Both the position numbers and the translations under genes were made by a program. From Thermoplasmata archaeon (GTDB taxonomy: Archaea; Thermoplasmatota; Thermoplasmata; Lutacidiplasmatales; UBA184): a stretch of DNA of 64,000 nucleotides. The first letter of the stretch is position 1. The number at the start of each line of letters is the position of its first letter. The notes beneath the pieces were generated by a model that made no database searches, had not been told where the DNA came from, and saw only the letters and a list, made by a program, of their open reading frames with translations. The DNA lies in NCBI GenBank assembly GCA_052326485.1, contig JBKQMS010000015.1, forward strand, positions 5,492-69,491, in the 5' to 3' direction. Positions 29,470 through 38,932 of this stretch are shown here, piece by piece.

Positions 29470-30249
29470 CTACGCAGGGACCCGTCGGACCCGAGGCCGT
29501 CCCCGCCCGGGCCTCTCGGCGAACCGCTGGGCGGCGAACAGCGCGGCGGGGACCGCCGCGTCGATGTTGACCACCGCCAACGGAGCGCAAGACTGCAGCA
29601 TGGCGTTCAGGGCCGCCTCGCCGCGGCCCCCGCGACCGTAGCCGATGGAGGTGGGAACCCCGACGACGGGAGCCCGAACGAGACCCGCGACGATCGTGGG
29701 AAGGGCCCCTTCCCGACCGGCGAACACGAGGTACATCTCCGGCTCTCGCGCCTCCAGGCGGTGAACGGCCGAGAGCAGCCGGTGGAGCCCTGCGACGCCC
29801 ACGTCGTACGCCCGGACGACCCCGATCCCGAGCTCGAGGAGGATGGCCCTGGCTTCCTCCGCGAGCGGAACGTCGCTCGTGCCCCCCGTGAGGATCGCCA
29901 CGACCCCTCTGCGGTACTGGGGACCGAGCGGTCCGGGGACCCGAACGAGGCGGTCGTCGGCCAGGAACTTGAGGGGACGGCCCGTGCCGGCCCGGGGACG
30001 CCAGCCCCGAAGCGCCCGGAGCTGCGCCGGCGTCGGCCGTGAGATGAGCGCGCCGAGCTGCCGTTCGGAAAGGGCCCCGACGATACTGAGCAGGTGGTCG
30101 ATGCTCTTGCCCTCCCCGAGGATCACCTCGGGGACGCCGACCCTGCGGGCCCGGTCTCGGTCCAACTTCGCGAAATGGTGGACCCGAAGCGCCCTCGGTT
30201 CCCGGCGAGCGCCGGTGGCCGACCTCCTCGACGTCACGATGAGTATCAC
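29470..30249 (-). CDS. larB: nickel-pincer cofactor biosynthesis protein LarB (AIR-carboxylase-like)
   Basis: [54 protein letters not shown] and GVPTSIGYG match the LarB/PurE-like pattern. The start is uncertain. I chose GTG 30247-30249 because the listed ATG would abut the divergent ACAD start. Confidence 0.75.
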   Translation of the reverse strand: MILIVTSRRSATGARREPRALRVHHFAKLDRDRARRVGVPEVILGEGKSIDHLLSIVGALSERQLGALISRPTPAQLRALRGWRPRAGTGRPLKFLADDRLVRVPGPLGPQYRRGVVAILTGGTSDVPLAEEARAILLELGIGVVRAYDVGVAGLHRLLSAVHRLEAREPEMYLVFAGREGALPTIVAGLVRAPVVGVPTSIGYGRGGRGEAALNAMLQSCAPLAVVNIDAAVPAALFAAQRFAERPGRGRPRVRRVPA

Positions 30250-30258
30250 CCAAGCCGT

Positions 30259-30266
30259 GATATAGC
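30259..30266 (+). promoter_or_regulatory. candidate TATA box for the acyl-CoA dehydrogenase/ETF operon
   Basis: gatatagc lies about 36 nt upstream of ATG 30298. Confidence 0.35.
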
Positions 30267-30297
30267 GGATTCCGCTGACACGCCACCTTCGCATTCC

Positions 30298-31446
30298 ATG
30301 CCGGATTTCTCGTTGACCCCGGAGCAGGAAAGCCTCCGGGACCTCGCGCGCAAGTTCGCCCGGACCGAGATGGCCCCGCACGCGGCCGAATGTGACCGGA
30401 CGGCTCGGTTCCCGGAGGAGATCTACCGAAAGGCGTACGACCTGGGCCTCCTCAACCTCAACGTCCCCGCGGAGTACGGGGGGAGCGGTCTCGGGCTGTT
30501 CGAACAGTGCCTGATCGTCGAGGAGCTGGCGTACGGCTGCGGCGGGATGACGACGACCGTCATCGCGCACTGCCTCGCGCTCGAGCCGATCCTGCTCGAC
30601 GGAACGCCCGAGCAGAAGGAGCGGTTCCTGAAGCCGTTCTGCGCGGAGTACCACCTCGCTGCGTTCGCCCTCACGGAACCATCAGGCGGTTCCGACCCGG
30701 GGTCGATGCGGACCCTCGCGAAGAGGGACGGGGACCACTATGTCATCTCGGGGGAGAAGTGCTTCATCTCGAACGCCCCCCAGGCCTCGCTCTACCTCGT
30801 GTTCGCCAGCACCGACCCGAGCCTTCGGCACAAGGGCGTGACGGCATTCGTCATCCCCCGGTCGGCGGAAGGGGTCACGGTGGGCCCGGACGAAGAGAAG
30901 ATGGGACACCGGGCCTCGTCTACGGCCACGATCCGGTTCGACAACGTCCGGGTCCCCGCCTCGGACCGCCTCGGCGCCGACGGGACCGGATTCTCGCTCG
31001 CCATGCGGACCCTCGACCAGACCCGGACCCCGATCGGGGCGCTCGCCACCGGGATCGCCCAGGCAGCTCTCGACCATGCGGCTCGCTACTCGCTGAAGCG
31101 GGAGACGTTCGGCAAGCCGATCAGCGAGCACCAGGCGATCCAGATCAAGCTCGCGAACATGGTCCAGGCCGTGCACGCGGCCCGCCTCCTCACCTGGCGC
31201 TCGGCCTGGCTGATCGACCGGGGCCAAAAGGGGACGCTCGAGTCGTCGATCGCAAAGTGCTACGCCTCCGACGCCGCCTTCGCCGTCGCCGACGAGGCGA
31301 TCCAGACCTTCGGGGGGTACGGCTACATGCGCGAGTACCCCGTTGAGAAGCTCCTTCGGGACGCCAAGCTCACGCAGATCTACGAGGGTGCCAACGAGAT
31401 CCAACGGATCGTCATCGCGCGCGAGCTCCTGCGAGGGTACGGCTAG
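30298..31446 (+). CDS. acyl-CoA dehydrogenase
   Basis: Start moved to ATG 30298 ([22 protein letters not shown]). 382 aa. C-terminal [18 protein letters not shown] is the ACAD signature. Confidence 0.9.
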   Translation: MPDFSLTPEQESLRDLARKFARTEMAPHAAECDRTARFPEEIYRKAYDLGLLNLNVPAEYGGSGLGLFEQCLIVEELAYGCGGMTTTVIAHCLALEPILLDGTPEQKERFLKPFCAEYHLAAFALTEPSGGSDPGSMRTLAKRDGDHYVISGEKCFISNAPQASLYLVFASTDPSLRHKGVTAFVIPRSAEGVTVGPDEEKMGHRASSTATIRFDNVRVPASDRLGADGTGFSLAMRTLDQTRTPIGALATGIAQAALDHAARYSLKRETFGKPISEHQAIQIKLANMVQAVHAARLLTWRSAWLIDRGQKGTLESSIAKCYASDAAFAVADEAIQTFGGYGYMREYPVEKLLRDAKLTQIYEGANEIQRIVIARELLRGYG

Positions 31447-31461
31447 GCCGGGGGTGGGTTC

Positions 31462-32244
31462 GTGGAGATCGTCGTCTGCATCAAACCGGTCCCGGACGCC
31501 GAGACCCAGCTCCGCGCGTCCAGCGACGGGACGACCCTCGACATCGAGGCGGTGAAGTTCGTCCTCACGGGCTACGACGAGTCCGCGGTCGAGCAGGCGC
31601 TGCTCCTGAAGGAGGCGAATCCGGGCTCGAAGGTGCGTGTCGTTTCCGCGGGGCCGCCGCCCAGGACGGAGGAGGTCCTGCGGGCGGCGCTCGCCCTCGG
31701 ATGCGACCTCGCCACGTGGGTGGAGATGTCTCCCGCGGTGGCCCCCGACCCGGTCTCCGCCGCCCGTGCCCTCGCCCGCGCGGTCTCGGCGATGCCGCAC
31801 GACCTGGTCCTCTGCGGCAAGAACGCCGGGGACGACGAGGCCGGGGTCGTCGCGGGAGCTCTGGCCGAGCTCCTCGGGGTCCCGGATTTCAGCGCGGTCG
31901 TGGACCTTCGCTGGGACGCCGCGGCCTCGCGGCTCCGGTTCCAACGGTCCACCGAAGCCGGGATGGAGACGTGGGAGGCTCCTCTTCCCTGCGTCGTCGC
32001 CTTGCAGCAGGCGTGGAACGACCCGAGGACCGCGAAACTTCCTTCGATCCTGAAGTCTCGGAGGGTGCCCATTGCGAAGGTCCCTCTCGAGGCGGCGCCG
32101 CCCGCCGCCGGCTCGAGCCGGCCGACGAGGTTCGAGCTTCCTCCTCCTCGGGCGGGGGCGAAGCTCATCGAGTTCAAGACGCCGGAAGAGGCCGCCCAGA
32201 AGCTGGTGAAGCTCCTCAAGGAGGAGGCGAAGGTCTTCCCATGA
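31462..32244 (+). CDS. etfB: electron transfer flavoprotein beta subunit
   Basis: GTG start. (M)EIVVCIKPVPD is a typical EtfB N-terminus. 260 aa. Confidence 0.9.
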   Translation: MEIVVCIKPVPDAETQLRASSDGTTLDIEAVKFVLTGYDESAVEQALLLKEANPGSKVRVVSAGPPPRTEEVLRAALALGCDLATWVEMSPAVAPDPVSAARALARAVSAMPHDLVLCGKNAGDDEAGVVAGALAELLGVPDFSAVVDLRWDAAASRLRFQRSTEAGMETWEAPLPCVVALQQAWNDPRTAKLPSILKSRRVPIAKVPLEAAPPAAGSSRPTRFELPPPRAGAKLIEFKTPEEAAQKLVKLLKEEAKVFP

Positions 32245-33224
32245 CGGGACCGACGTTGGTCGTAGGGGAGGTACACGACGGGGTCCTTTCCGACCCGACG
32301 CGGGAGGCCGTGGTCGCCGCCCAAGGGGTGTCCCTCCGGGAGAACGTCGTCGGGTTCCTCGCCGGGAGCGCTCCGCGCGTTCCCGCCGCCGGATTCGGTC
32401 GCCTCGGCGTCGCCCGGGCGCTCGTCGTCGAGGACCCCCGGTTGGACGGGGCGGTGGGAGCGGTCGTGGCCCATCTGGTCGCATCCGCCGCGGATTCTCT
32501 CGGAGCGGAGCTCGTCGTCGTCGGAGGCTCGACGTTCGGTCGGGACCTCGTCGCGCGCCTGGGCATCCGCTGGAACGCCGCGGTCGCCACTGAGGTCGCG
32601 AGCCTCTCGCGGACCGGCGCCACGCTCGAGGTGCGCCGGCCGGTCTTCGGCCGACGCGCGACGGAGGCCCGGCAGCTCGAAGGGGCGCACATGGCGGTAG
32701 CGCTCCGGTCCCACGCCTTCGTGGTCCCCCCCGAGTCTCCCGGAGAGGCGACCCTGACCGCCGTCCCCTTGGACGGGATCCCGCCGTCGTACTGGGTTCC
32801 CCAGCGCTCGGCCGTCAAGGCCGTTCCCCGGGGCATGGGTCCGAGCCTGGCGGAGGCGTCGATCATCGTCTCGGGCGGTCGCGGGGTCCGGGCGGCCGAG
32901 AACTTCCACCTCGTGGACGAGCTGGCCGCGTCCCTTGACGCGGCGGTCGGCGCCTCGCGCGCGGTTACGGACGCCGGATGGAGGCCCGAGAGCTACCAGG
33001 TCGGGCAGACCGGAAAGCAGGTCTCGCCGCAGCTCTACGTGGCCGTGGGGATCTCGGGAGCGATCCAGCACCTCATGGGGATGATCAGCTCGCGGGTCAT
33101 CGTCGCGATCAACTCGGACGCCACCGCTCCGATCTTCAAGGTCTCGGACTACGGCATCGTCGGAGACCTCTTCGAGATCGTCCCCGCCCTCACGCAGGAA
33201 GTCCGTCGCGCGCGCGGCCAATGA
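32241..33224 (+). CDS. etfA: electron transfer flavoprotein alpha subunit
   Basis: ATGA overlap with the etfB stop. Carries the [15 protein letters not shown]-alpha signature. 327 aa. Confidence 0.9.
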   Translation: MTGPTLVVGEVHDGVLSDPTREAVVAAQGVSLRENVVGFLAGSAPRVPAAGFGRLGVARALVVEDPRLDGAVGAVVAHLVASAADSLGAELVVVGGSTFGRDLVARLGIRWNAAVATEVASLSRTGATLEVRRPVFGRRATEARQLEGAHMAVALRSHAFVVPPESPGEATLTAVPLDGIPPSYWVPQRSAVKAVPRGMGPSLAEASIIVSGGRGVRAAENFHLVDELAASLDAAVGASRAVTDAGWRPESYQVGQTGKQVSPQLYVAVGISGAIQHLMGMISSRVIVAINSDATAPIFKVSDYGIVGDLFEIVPALTQEVRRARGQ

Positions 33225-33288
33225 CCTAGGACCGGCGCCGCTCCCGCCGGTGGACTCGCCGCGACGTCCCGAGGGCCCGAGGCCGGTT

Positions 33289-34590
33289 CTATAGGTCCCA
33301 AGCGATCTCTACGCCATCGCGGATCAGGGACGTGATCTTGACCCCGGCCGCCTTCTGGGCCGCGCGGAGGAGCTTGCGCGCCGGCCTCTTCGGGGAGCCG
33401 CTCTCGGCCATCATCGAGCGCAGGAGCTCGGTGGCGAACCTCGGGTAGACGGAGTAGATTCGAGGGTTCCACTTGACGCGGTCGAGTCGGGCGAAGTCCC
33501 GGAAGTCCGGAAGGATCCCGGTCGCCTCGAGCCGCCGGTCGTACTCCGTGAGCCGGGCGCCCGACGGGTCGCCCGCGGCCCTGGCCGCGAGCGCGGTCTC
33601 GGCGGCCTCGAGGCCGGAGCGGATCGCGTAGTTCATGCCCTGGATCATGATGCCGTTCGAGAAGACGAAGCCCGCCGCATCCCCGGCGACCATCCACCCG
33701 TCCCCATGGAACGCGGCCGGCCGACCGGCCCAGCCTCCCGGGACGAGCCGCGCGCCGTACTCGACCAGCTCGGCTCCTTTGAGGCGGCTCGCGATGGCCG
33801 GGTGGAGCTTGAACCGCTCGATGAGCTCGTGGGCGTAGGCGTTCCGGCCGTAGAGCGACTGGATGCTGACGATGATCCCGAGCGAGAGGGTGTCGCGGTT
33901 CGTGTACAGGAATCCTCCGCCCATCACCCCGGGCGGGAAGAGGCCGCCGACCCACTCCTCCGAGTGCCCCTCGTTTCCGGTGACGTGGAAGCGGTCCTCG
34001 ATCACCGACGCGTCGAGATGGAACACTTCCTTGATCCCGAGTTCGGTCGTTTCGGGGGAGAGCCGGGGCGCCGGGCGGATGGGGGTTCCGAGCGAGAGCC
34101 GGGAGTTCGCTCCGTCCGCGACGATCGTCACCGGGGCGGTCATCGTCTCGCCGCCCTGGACGATCCCGTGCACCTTCGCCCCCTCCCAGTTCAGACGGTC
34201 CACGGGGACGGAGGGCACGACCGTGGCCCCCAGCTCCTCGGCCTTCTTCGAGAGCCAGCGGTCCGTGCGCGAGCGCAGGACGGAGTGGGCCACGTACGGT
34301 TCTTGGTTCCAGCTGCCTTCCTGGAGGTCGAACGAGAGCGCGCTGTCGGGCGTGAGAAGGCCGAACCGCTTCCGCACGAGGTGGCGCTCGACCGGCATCT
34401 CACGCCACCAGTGGGGCAGGATGCGCGCGAGGTCGTTCCCCCAGAGGATCCCCCCGGAGAGGCTTTTCGTGCCGACCTCGGCCCCTCGCTCGGCGAGCAG
34501 CACGTTCGCACCGCCCTGAGCGAGGCGGATCGCCGCGGAACTGCCGGCCATGCCGGCACCGACCACGATGACGTCAAAATCGTCGGCCAT
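33289..34590 (-). CDS. FixC-like FAD-dependent ETF-quinone oxidoreductase
   Basis: 433 aa. N-terminal DVIVVGAGMAGSSAA FAD-binding motif. FixC/ETF-QO-like length and pattern. Confidence 0.85.
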   Translation of the reverse strand: MADDFDVIVVGAGMAGSSAAIRLAQGGANVLLAERGAEVGTKSLSGGILWGNDLARILPHWWREMPVERHLVRKRFGLLTPDSALSFDLQEGSWNQEPYVAHSVLRSRTDRWLSKKAEELGATVVPSVPVDRLNWEGAKVHGIVQGGETMTAPVTIVADGANSRLSLGTPIRPAPRLSPETTELGIKEVFHLDASVIEDRFHVTGNEGHSEEWVGGLFPPGVMGGGFLYTNRDTLSLGIIVSIQSLYGRNAYAHELIERFKLHPAIASRLKGAELVEYGARLVPGGWAGRPAAFHGDGWMVAGDAAGFVFSNGIMIQGMNYAIRSGLEAAETALAARAAGDPSGARLTEYDRRLEATGILPDFRDFARLDRVKWNPRIYSVYPRFATELLRSMMAESGSPKRPARKLLRAAQKAAGVKITSLIRDGVEIAWDL

Positions 34591-34643
34591 GGCCCGGCGC
34601 CCGACGGGGCCGGTCCGATTTAAGGTGCCCGCCCGGGGTCACG

Positions 34644-35255
34644 TCAGCGCGGAGGGCCCGCCCACTGGACCGGGCCCGGCGCCATCTGTTGGTTCTGGGT
34701 CGCGTTCTCGATCAGCTTCTGGAAGCGGAACGGCTTCGGGATCCCCTTCCAGTCCTCGTTCCCCAGGCTTTTGCCCCCCTCGGAGCTGACGCGTACCGTC
34801 CCATACCCCAACACGCGCTGGCCGAACGTCTGGTGGACGTCAACCCCCCGGACCTGGGTCACGGGGATCTCGTCGAAGTCCTTCCCGAGGATCCCCCGCT
34901 GGATGATCACCCGGCGCGAAGTGACCGCGTACACCGTGGTGATCCAGCGGAAGTACCGGATCAGGAGCCACAGCAGACCGATGAGGAACAGCACGAGCCA
35001 GAAGTAGGCGAGATACTTCGCCGGGATGTAGCTCGACAGCGTGAACGTGGTCAGGGCCCATGTCGAGAACGTCGGGATCCATGGGGCGATCGAGGTCGCC
35101 GTAAAGAGGGTCAAGAACCCGAAGACGACGGTCCACAGGATCGGTCCGGGGAAGTAGAAGAGCTTCGTAGCCCGGGTCTCCTCGAGCAGGCCCTCCTGGT
35201 CCGCGAGGTACGTCGCCTTGAGGAGCTTCGGCATCTTTCGAGGGGTGGTCGACAT
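34644..35255 (-). CDS. membrane protein with bacterial-type PH domain (bPH_2/YdbS-like)
   Basis: Start moved to ATG 35253-35255. Two to three N-terminal TM segments, then RRVIIQRGILGKDFDEIPVTQVRGVDVHQTFGQRVLGYGTV. Confidence 0.7.
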   Translation of the reverse strand: MSTTPRKMPKLLKATYLADQEGLLEETRATKLFYFPGPILWTVVFGFLTLFTATSIAPWIPTFSTWALTTFTLSSYIPAKYLAYFWLVLFLIGLLWLLIRYFRWITTVYAVTSRRVIIQRGILGKDFDEIPVTQVRGVDVHQTFGQRVLGYGTVRVSSEGGKSLGNEDWKGIPKPFRFQKLIENATQNQQMAPGPVQWAGPPR

Positions 35256-35403
35256 AGGAACCAATCGGGGGGCATGGGCTCGGTTGGGAGATAAACCCTC
35301 GGCTGGCTCGGAGGGAGCCGTTCCTCCCGCTCACGAGGAGAATCGGCTCGGGGTGTTCCCTCCCGGGCGCCCTCTTGAAATACTGGGGTCGACTCGCATC
35401 GTC

Positions 35404-35817
35404 GTGACCGAGACCCCCGAGCACTCCGACGAGGCCCCGCCCCCTCCGACCGAGGTGGAGCCGGCGCCCACCGTCGAGGTCGTCGAGGGGGGGGAAGACG
35501 TCGGGCGGCTCCCGCTCCCCCGTCGCAACCGCGGCGAGGTGTTCGGGATCGCGAACCAGCTCCTCGGAGCGGCCCGTATCCGCGTGATGTGCGAGGACAA
35601 CGTCTCGCGGATGGGTCGCATCACCGGGAAGATGAAGAAGAAGATGTGGATCCGGGAGGGCGACCTCCTGATCCTGCGCCCCTGGGGCTTTCAGGAAGGA
35701 AAGGCCGACATCCTCTTCCGCTACAGCCGAACCCAATCCCAGTACCTCGCTCGCAAGAACATCCTTCCGGCCTCCGTCAATATCTTTCAGACCGGGGAGT
35801 CCCCGCCGACGCCGTAG
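35404..35817 (+). CDS. eif1a: translation initiation factor aIF-1A
   Basis: GEVFGIANQLLGAARIRVMCEDNVSRMGRITGKMKKKMWIREGDLLILRPW...ILFRYSRTQ is the aIF-1A S1/OB core. I chose GTG 35404 as the start, which is uncertain. The N-terminus has an acidic/Pro-rich extension. Confidence 0.85.
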   Translation: MTETPEHSDEAPPPPTEVEPAPTVEVVEGGEDVGRLPLPRRNRGEVFGIANQLLGAARIRVMCEDNVSRMGRITGKMKKKMWIREGDLLILRPWGFQEGKADILFRYSRTQSQYLARKNILPASVNIFQTGESPPTP

Positions 35818-35825
35818 GAGGGAGG

Positions 35826-37322
35826 ATGTGGGCCTCCTCTCGACGCTCGCTCTCGTCCCTCGAGATGGCGGTCGTCGAGCAGAACTCGGTCGCCCTCGGC
35901 GTCACCATCGACGCCCTGATGGAGAACGCGGGCCGCGCCACCGCCGAGGAGACGACCCGGCACCTGCCCTCGCCTCCCGCGCGGGTCGCGGTGGTCGCCG
36001 GCACCGGGAACAACGGCGGGGACGGCACCTGCGCCGCGTTCTACCTGCTGCAGTGGGGCTACTCTCCGGAGATATGGCTCGTCCACCCTCCGGTCGAAAT
36101 CCGAACCCGGGCGGCCCAGCGCTGCTTTGACCGGGTCAAGAACCGGGTCCCGGTCCGGATCGGCGTTCCTCGACCGGAAGAGATCGCGACGATGCCCCTC
36201 GTCGTCGACGCGCTCCTCGGCACCGGCCAATCCGGGCGGCTTCGGTCTCCGATCCGGGAGGCGGTCGCGGCGATCCGGGCGAGCGGTGCTCCCGTGCTCT
36301 CCGTCGACGTGCCCACCGGCATCACGGACCCGGAGGGGTTGCGACCCTCCTGGACCGTCACGTTCACCATCCGCAAGGAGGAGATGGAGGAGGGAAAGGT
36401 CGGGGAGCTCACGGTCCGGGACATCGGAATGCCCCCGAACGCCTGGCGCGAGACCGGCCCCGGGGAGTTCCACTTCTTCCCCGCACCCAAAGAACCGAGG
36501 GGCCGGAACGGGCGCCTCGTCGTCATCGGCGGAGGCCCCTACACCGGCGCGCCCGCGCTCGCCGGTCTGGCGGCGATGCGCTCGGGGGCCGAACGGGCCA
36601 CGATCGTGACCCCGGAGGTCGCGGCCGGAGCGGTCCGCGCCTACAGCCCGAACCTGATCGTCCGCGCGGTCGGCTCGGACCGGTTCCGCCCCCACGACGT
36701 TCCCGGCATCCTCGAGGCCGTCCGCGTCGCCTCCCCCGGCGCCGTCGTCCTTGGGATGGGCGCCGGGGCCTATCCTGAGACCGTCGAAGCCCTGCATGCG
36801 GTCATCGAAGCCCTGGCTCCGGAGTTCCCCCTCGTCGTGGACGCGGACGGTCTGGCCGCCCTGCCCGCGGGCCCTCTGGTCGGCGCGCCGTCGCGGCTCC
36901 CGCAGCTCGTCGCGACCCCGAACGCGGGCGAGTTCGAGCGGGTCTTCCACGGTCCGGCGGCGGGCTCCTTCGAGGAGCGGGGCGCCGCGGCGGAGCGCAT
37001 CGCCGGGGAACGTCGCTTGACGCTCGTCGTGAAGGGCGCGCCGGACATCCTCACGGACGGGGAGAGCACCATCGGGAACCTGCACCACCACCTCGCCATG
37101 ACCGTCGGAGGCGTGGGCGACGTTCTGGGGGGCGTTCTGGGAGGCCTCCTCGCGCAGGGCGTCCGTCCCCTGCACGCGGCCCGTCTCGCCACCTACTGGA
37201 CGGGAGAGGCGGGTCTGCGAGCGGCCGCCCATCGCGGTTTCGGCATCCTCGCGACCGACGTGATCGAGGAGCTTCCGGCCGCTCTCGTGGTCGGGCTCCA
37301 GCGGGTCGAGCGGCCGATCTAG
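35826..37322 (+). CDS. nnr: bifunctional NAD(P)H-hydrate repair enzyme (epimerase/dehydratase)
   Basis: Start moved to ATG 35826. N-terminal YjeF_N domain with VAGTGNNGGDG and a C-terminal carbohydrate-kinase-like domain with GGVGDVLGG. Confidence 0.85.
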   Translation: MWASSRRSLSSLEMAVVEQNSVALGVTIDALMENAGRATAEETTRHLPSPPARVAVVAGTGNNGGDGTCAAFYLLQWGYSPEIWLVHPPVEIRTRAAQRCFDRVKNRVPVRIGVPRPEEIATMPLVVDALLGTGQSGRLRSPIREAVAAIRASGAPVLSVDVPTGITDPEGLRPSWTVTFTIRKEEMEEGKVGELTVRDIGMPPNAWRETGPGEFHFFPAPKEPRGRNGRLVVIGGGPYTGAPALAGLAAMRSGAERATIVTPEVAAGAVRAYSPNLIVRAVGSDRFRPHDVPGILEAVRVASPGAVVLGMGAGAYPETVEALHAVIEALAPEFPLVVDADGLAALPAGPLVGAPSRLPQLVATPNAGEFERVFHGPAAGSFEERGAAAERIAGERRLTLVVKGAPDILTDGESTIGNLHHHLAMTVGGVGDVLGGVLGGLLAQGVRPLHAARLATYWTGEAGLRAAAHRGFGILATDVIEELPAALVVGLQRVERPI

Positions 37323-37337
37323 GGCCGTTCCCGCTCG

Positions 37338-37994
37338 TCAGGCGTACCGGATCCGGCCCCGGATCACCCTCGCCCGAGCGCGGACGTCCTTCGCTCCCGC
37401 CGGGTTCCCGTCCGCGTACCCTTCGTGGAACGCCCGCACGAGGGCGTCGGACCTCGCGCTCAGTGCCTTCAGGTCCTCCTCCACGAGGTGCAGGTCGATC
37501 CCTAGCTCCTCGAGACCCGGGCTTCGAGTTCCCATCGATAGGTCGAGGAAGGCGGGAGCCCCCCGGGGCCCGTCCGGGAAGAGGACGTTCGAGCTCGTGA
37601 GGTCGCCATGGGCGATCGAACCGGCGTGCAGGACACCGAGCGCGCGACCGAACGCACGGACCGCGACCGGGAGGTCGTCGGGCGGGACGTTCGGGTCCTC
37701 CAGCAACTGCCGAAGGGTCGGACCCGGGAGCTCCTCGAGGGTCAGCCGATGCCGGGGAAGGTCGATGTCGTAGATCAGCGGGGTTCGGACCCCGAGCCGG
37801 CGCGCATCCACGAGGAGGCGAGCCTCGTTGCGGGTCCGTTCTCGTCGTATGCGGTCATCGAGCGCCTTCGGCCGGTAGCTCTTCAGGTCCCGTTCCTTGA
37901 GGAGGGCCGGGAAGCCCCACCAGTCGACCTTGCGAAGCGACGCTTCGGCCCCCCGGGAGACGGGAGGACCCTCGGCGGTCGGCTCGGCGGACAT
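37338..37994 (-). CDS. bud32: Bud32/PRPK-type small protein kinase (KEOPS component)
   Basis: Start moved to ATG 37992-37994. 218 aa. Catalytic loop HGDLTSSNVL. Short atypical kinase typical of archaeal Bud32. Confidence 0.8.
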   Translation of the reverse strand: MSAEPTAEGPPVSRGAEASLRKVDWWGFPALLKERDLKSYRPKALDDRIRRERTRNEARLLVDARRLGVRTPLIYDIDLPRHRLTLEELPGPTLRQLLEDPNVPPDDLPVAVRAFGRALGVLHAGSIAHGDLTSSNVLFPDGPRGAPAFLDLSMGTRSPGLEELGIDLHLVEEDLKALSARSDALVRAFHEGYADGNPAGAKDVRARARVIRGRIRYA

Positions 37995-38008
37995 CGTGCG
38001 AGCGGGCC

Positions 38009-38884
38009 CTACCGCCCTTTTCGCGCGACGACGCTGCGGACGATCGCCTCGCGCGCGAGGCGGGCTGCGAGGAGGCTCGTGCTCCCCGAGTCGTAGTGGG
38101 GGCTCACTTCCATGATGTCGAGGCCGGCGAGGCGGGGGGCGGCCTGTCCGATGATGTACTTCACGTCCCGAGGCGTGAGGCCGAACGGCTCCGGGGTCCC
38201 CGTCGCTCCCGCGTAGGCGGGGTCGATCGCGTCGATGTCGAGCGAGATGTAGATCCGCTCGGTCTTGAGCATGTTGAGCGCTTGATGGACCGCGGCCTCG
38301 ATGCCGTCCCGCGCGATGTCGGCCGCCGTCACATACGGCATCCCGATCGTGCGGTTGTCGTCCATCTCTTCCCGGGAGACCGAACGCACCCCGAGGACGA
38401 CGATGTTGCGGGCGCCGACCTTCTCGAGGATCCGTCGGGACGAGCACCCGTGGCTGCGGCGGTCGCCGAGATAGCTCTCGCGGAAGTCCATGTGCGCGTC
38501 CAGGTACAGGACCCCGACGCTCGGAGCGGAATCGGGATACGCCTCGACCACCGGCGGCGAGCACGCGTGGTCCCCTCCGAGGACGATCGGCACCTTTCCC
38601 GCGGCGTAGATCGGGCGGATCTCCTCGCGGAGCGAGCGCGCCATGTCTTCCGAGCTGCCGAACTCCTCCGTGTTGCCGAGGTCATGGACCGCGACCTCGG
38701 AGAGGTCGACCCCGGTCTCGAGGTCGAACGATTCGAAGTTCCAGGAGTGCAGGCGGATCGAATCGGGGCCGAACCGCGCTCCGGGACGGAAGGAGGTCGT
38801 CCGGTCGAACGGGACACCCACGATGACGAACTCGGCGTCCTCGAACGAAGCGCTAGCGTCCGCGAAGGTAGTCGGCCGCTGCAC
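38009..38884 (-). CDS. speB: agmatinase (arginase-family ureohydrolase)
   Basis: 291 aa. Mn-ligand motifs GGDH, DAHMD and SLDIDAIDP. Confidence 0.9.
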   Translation of the reverse strand: MQRPTTFADASASFEDAEFVIVGVPFDRTTSFRPGARFGPDSIRLHSWNFESFDLETGVDLSEVAVHDLGNTEEFGSSEDMARSLREEIRPIYAAGKVPIVLGGDHACSPPVVEAYPDSAPSVGVLYLDAHMDFRESYLGDRRSHGCSSRRILEKVGARNIVVLGVRSVSREEMDDNRTIGMPYVTAADIARDGIEAAVHQALNMLKTERIYISLDIDAIDPAYAGATGTPEPFGLTPRDVKYIIGQAAPRLAGLDIMEVSPHYDSGSTSLLAARLAREAIVRSVVARKGR

Positions 38885-38932
38885 GGCGGTAGGACGACGG
38901 CGCTCTATAAGACGGTACCTTCGGCCGTCGCA

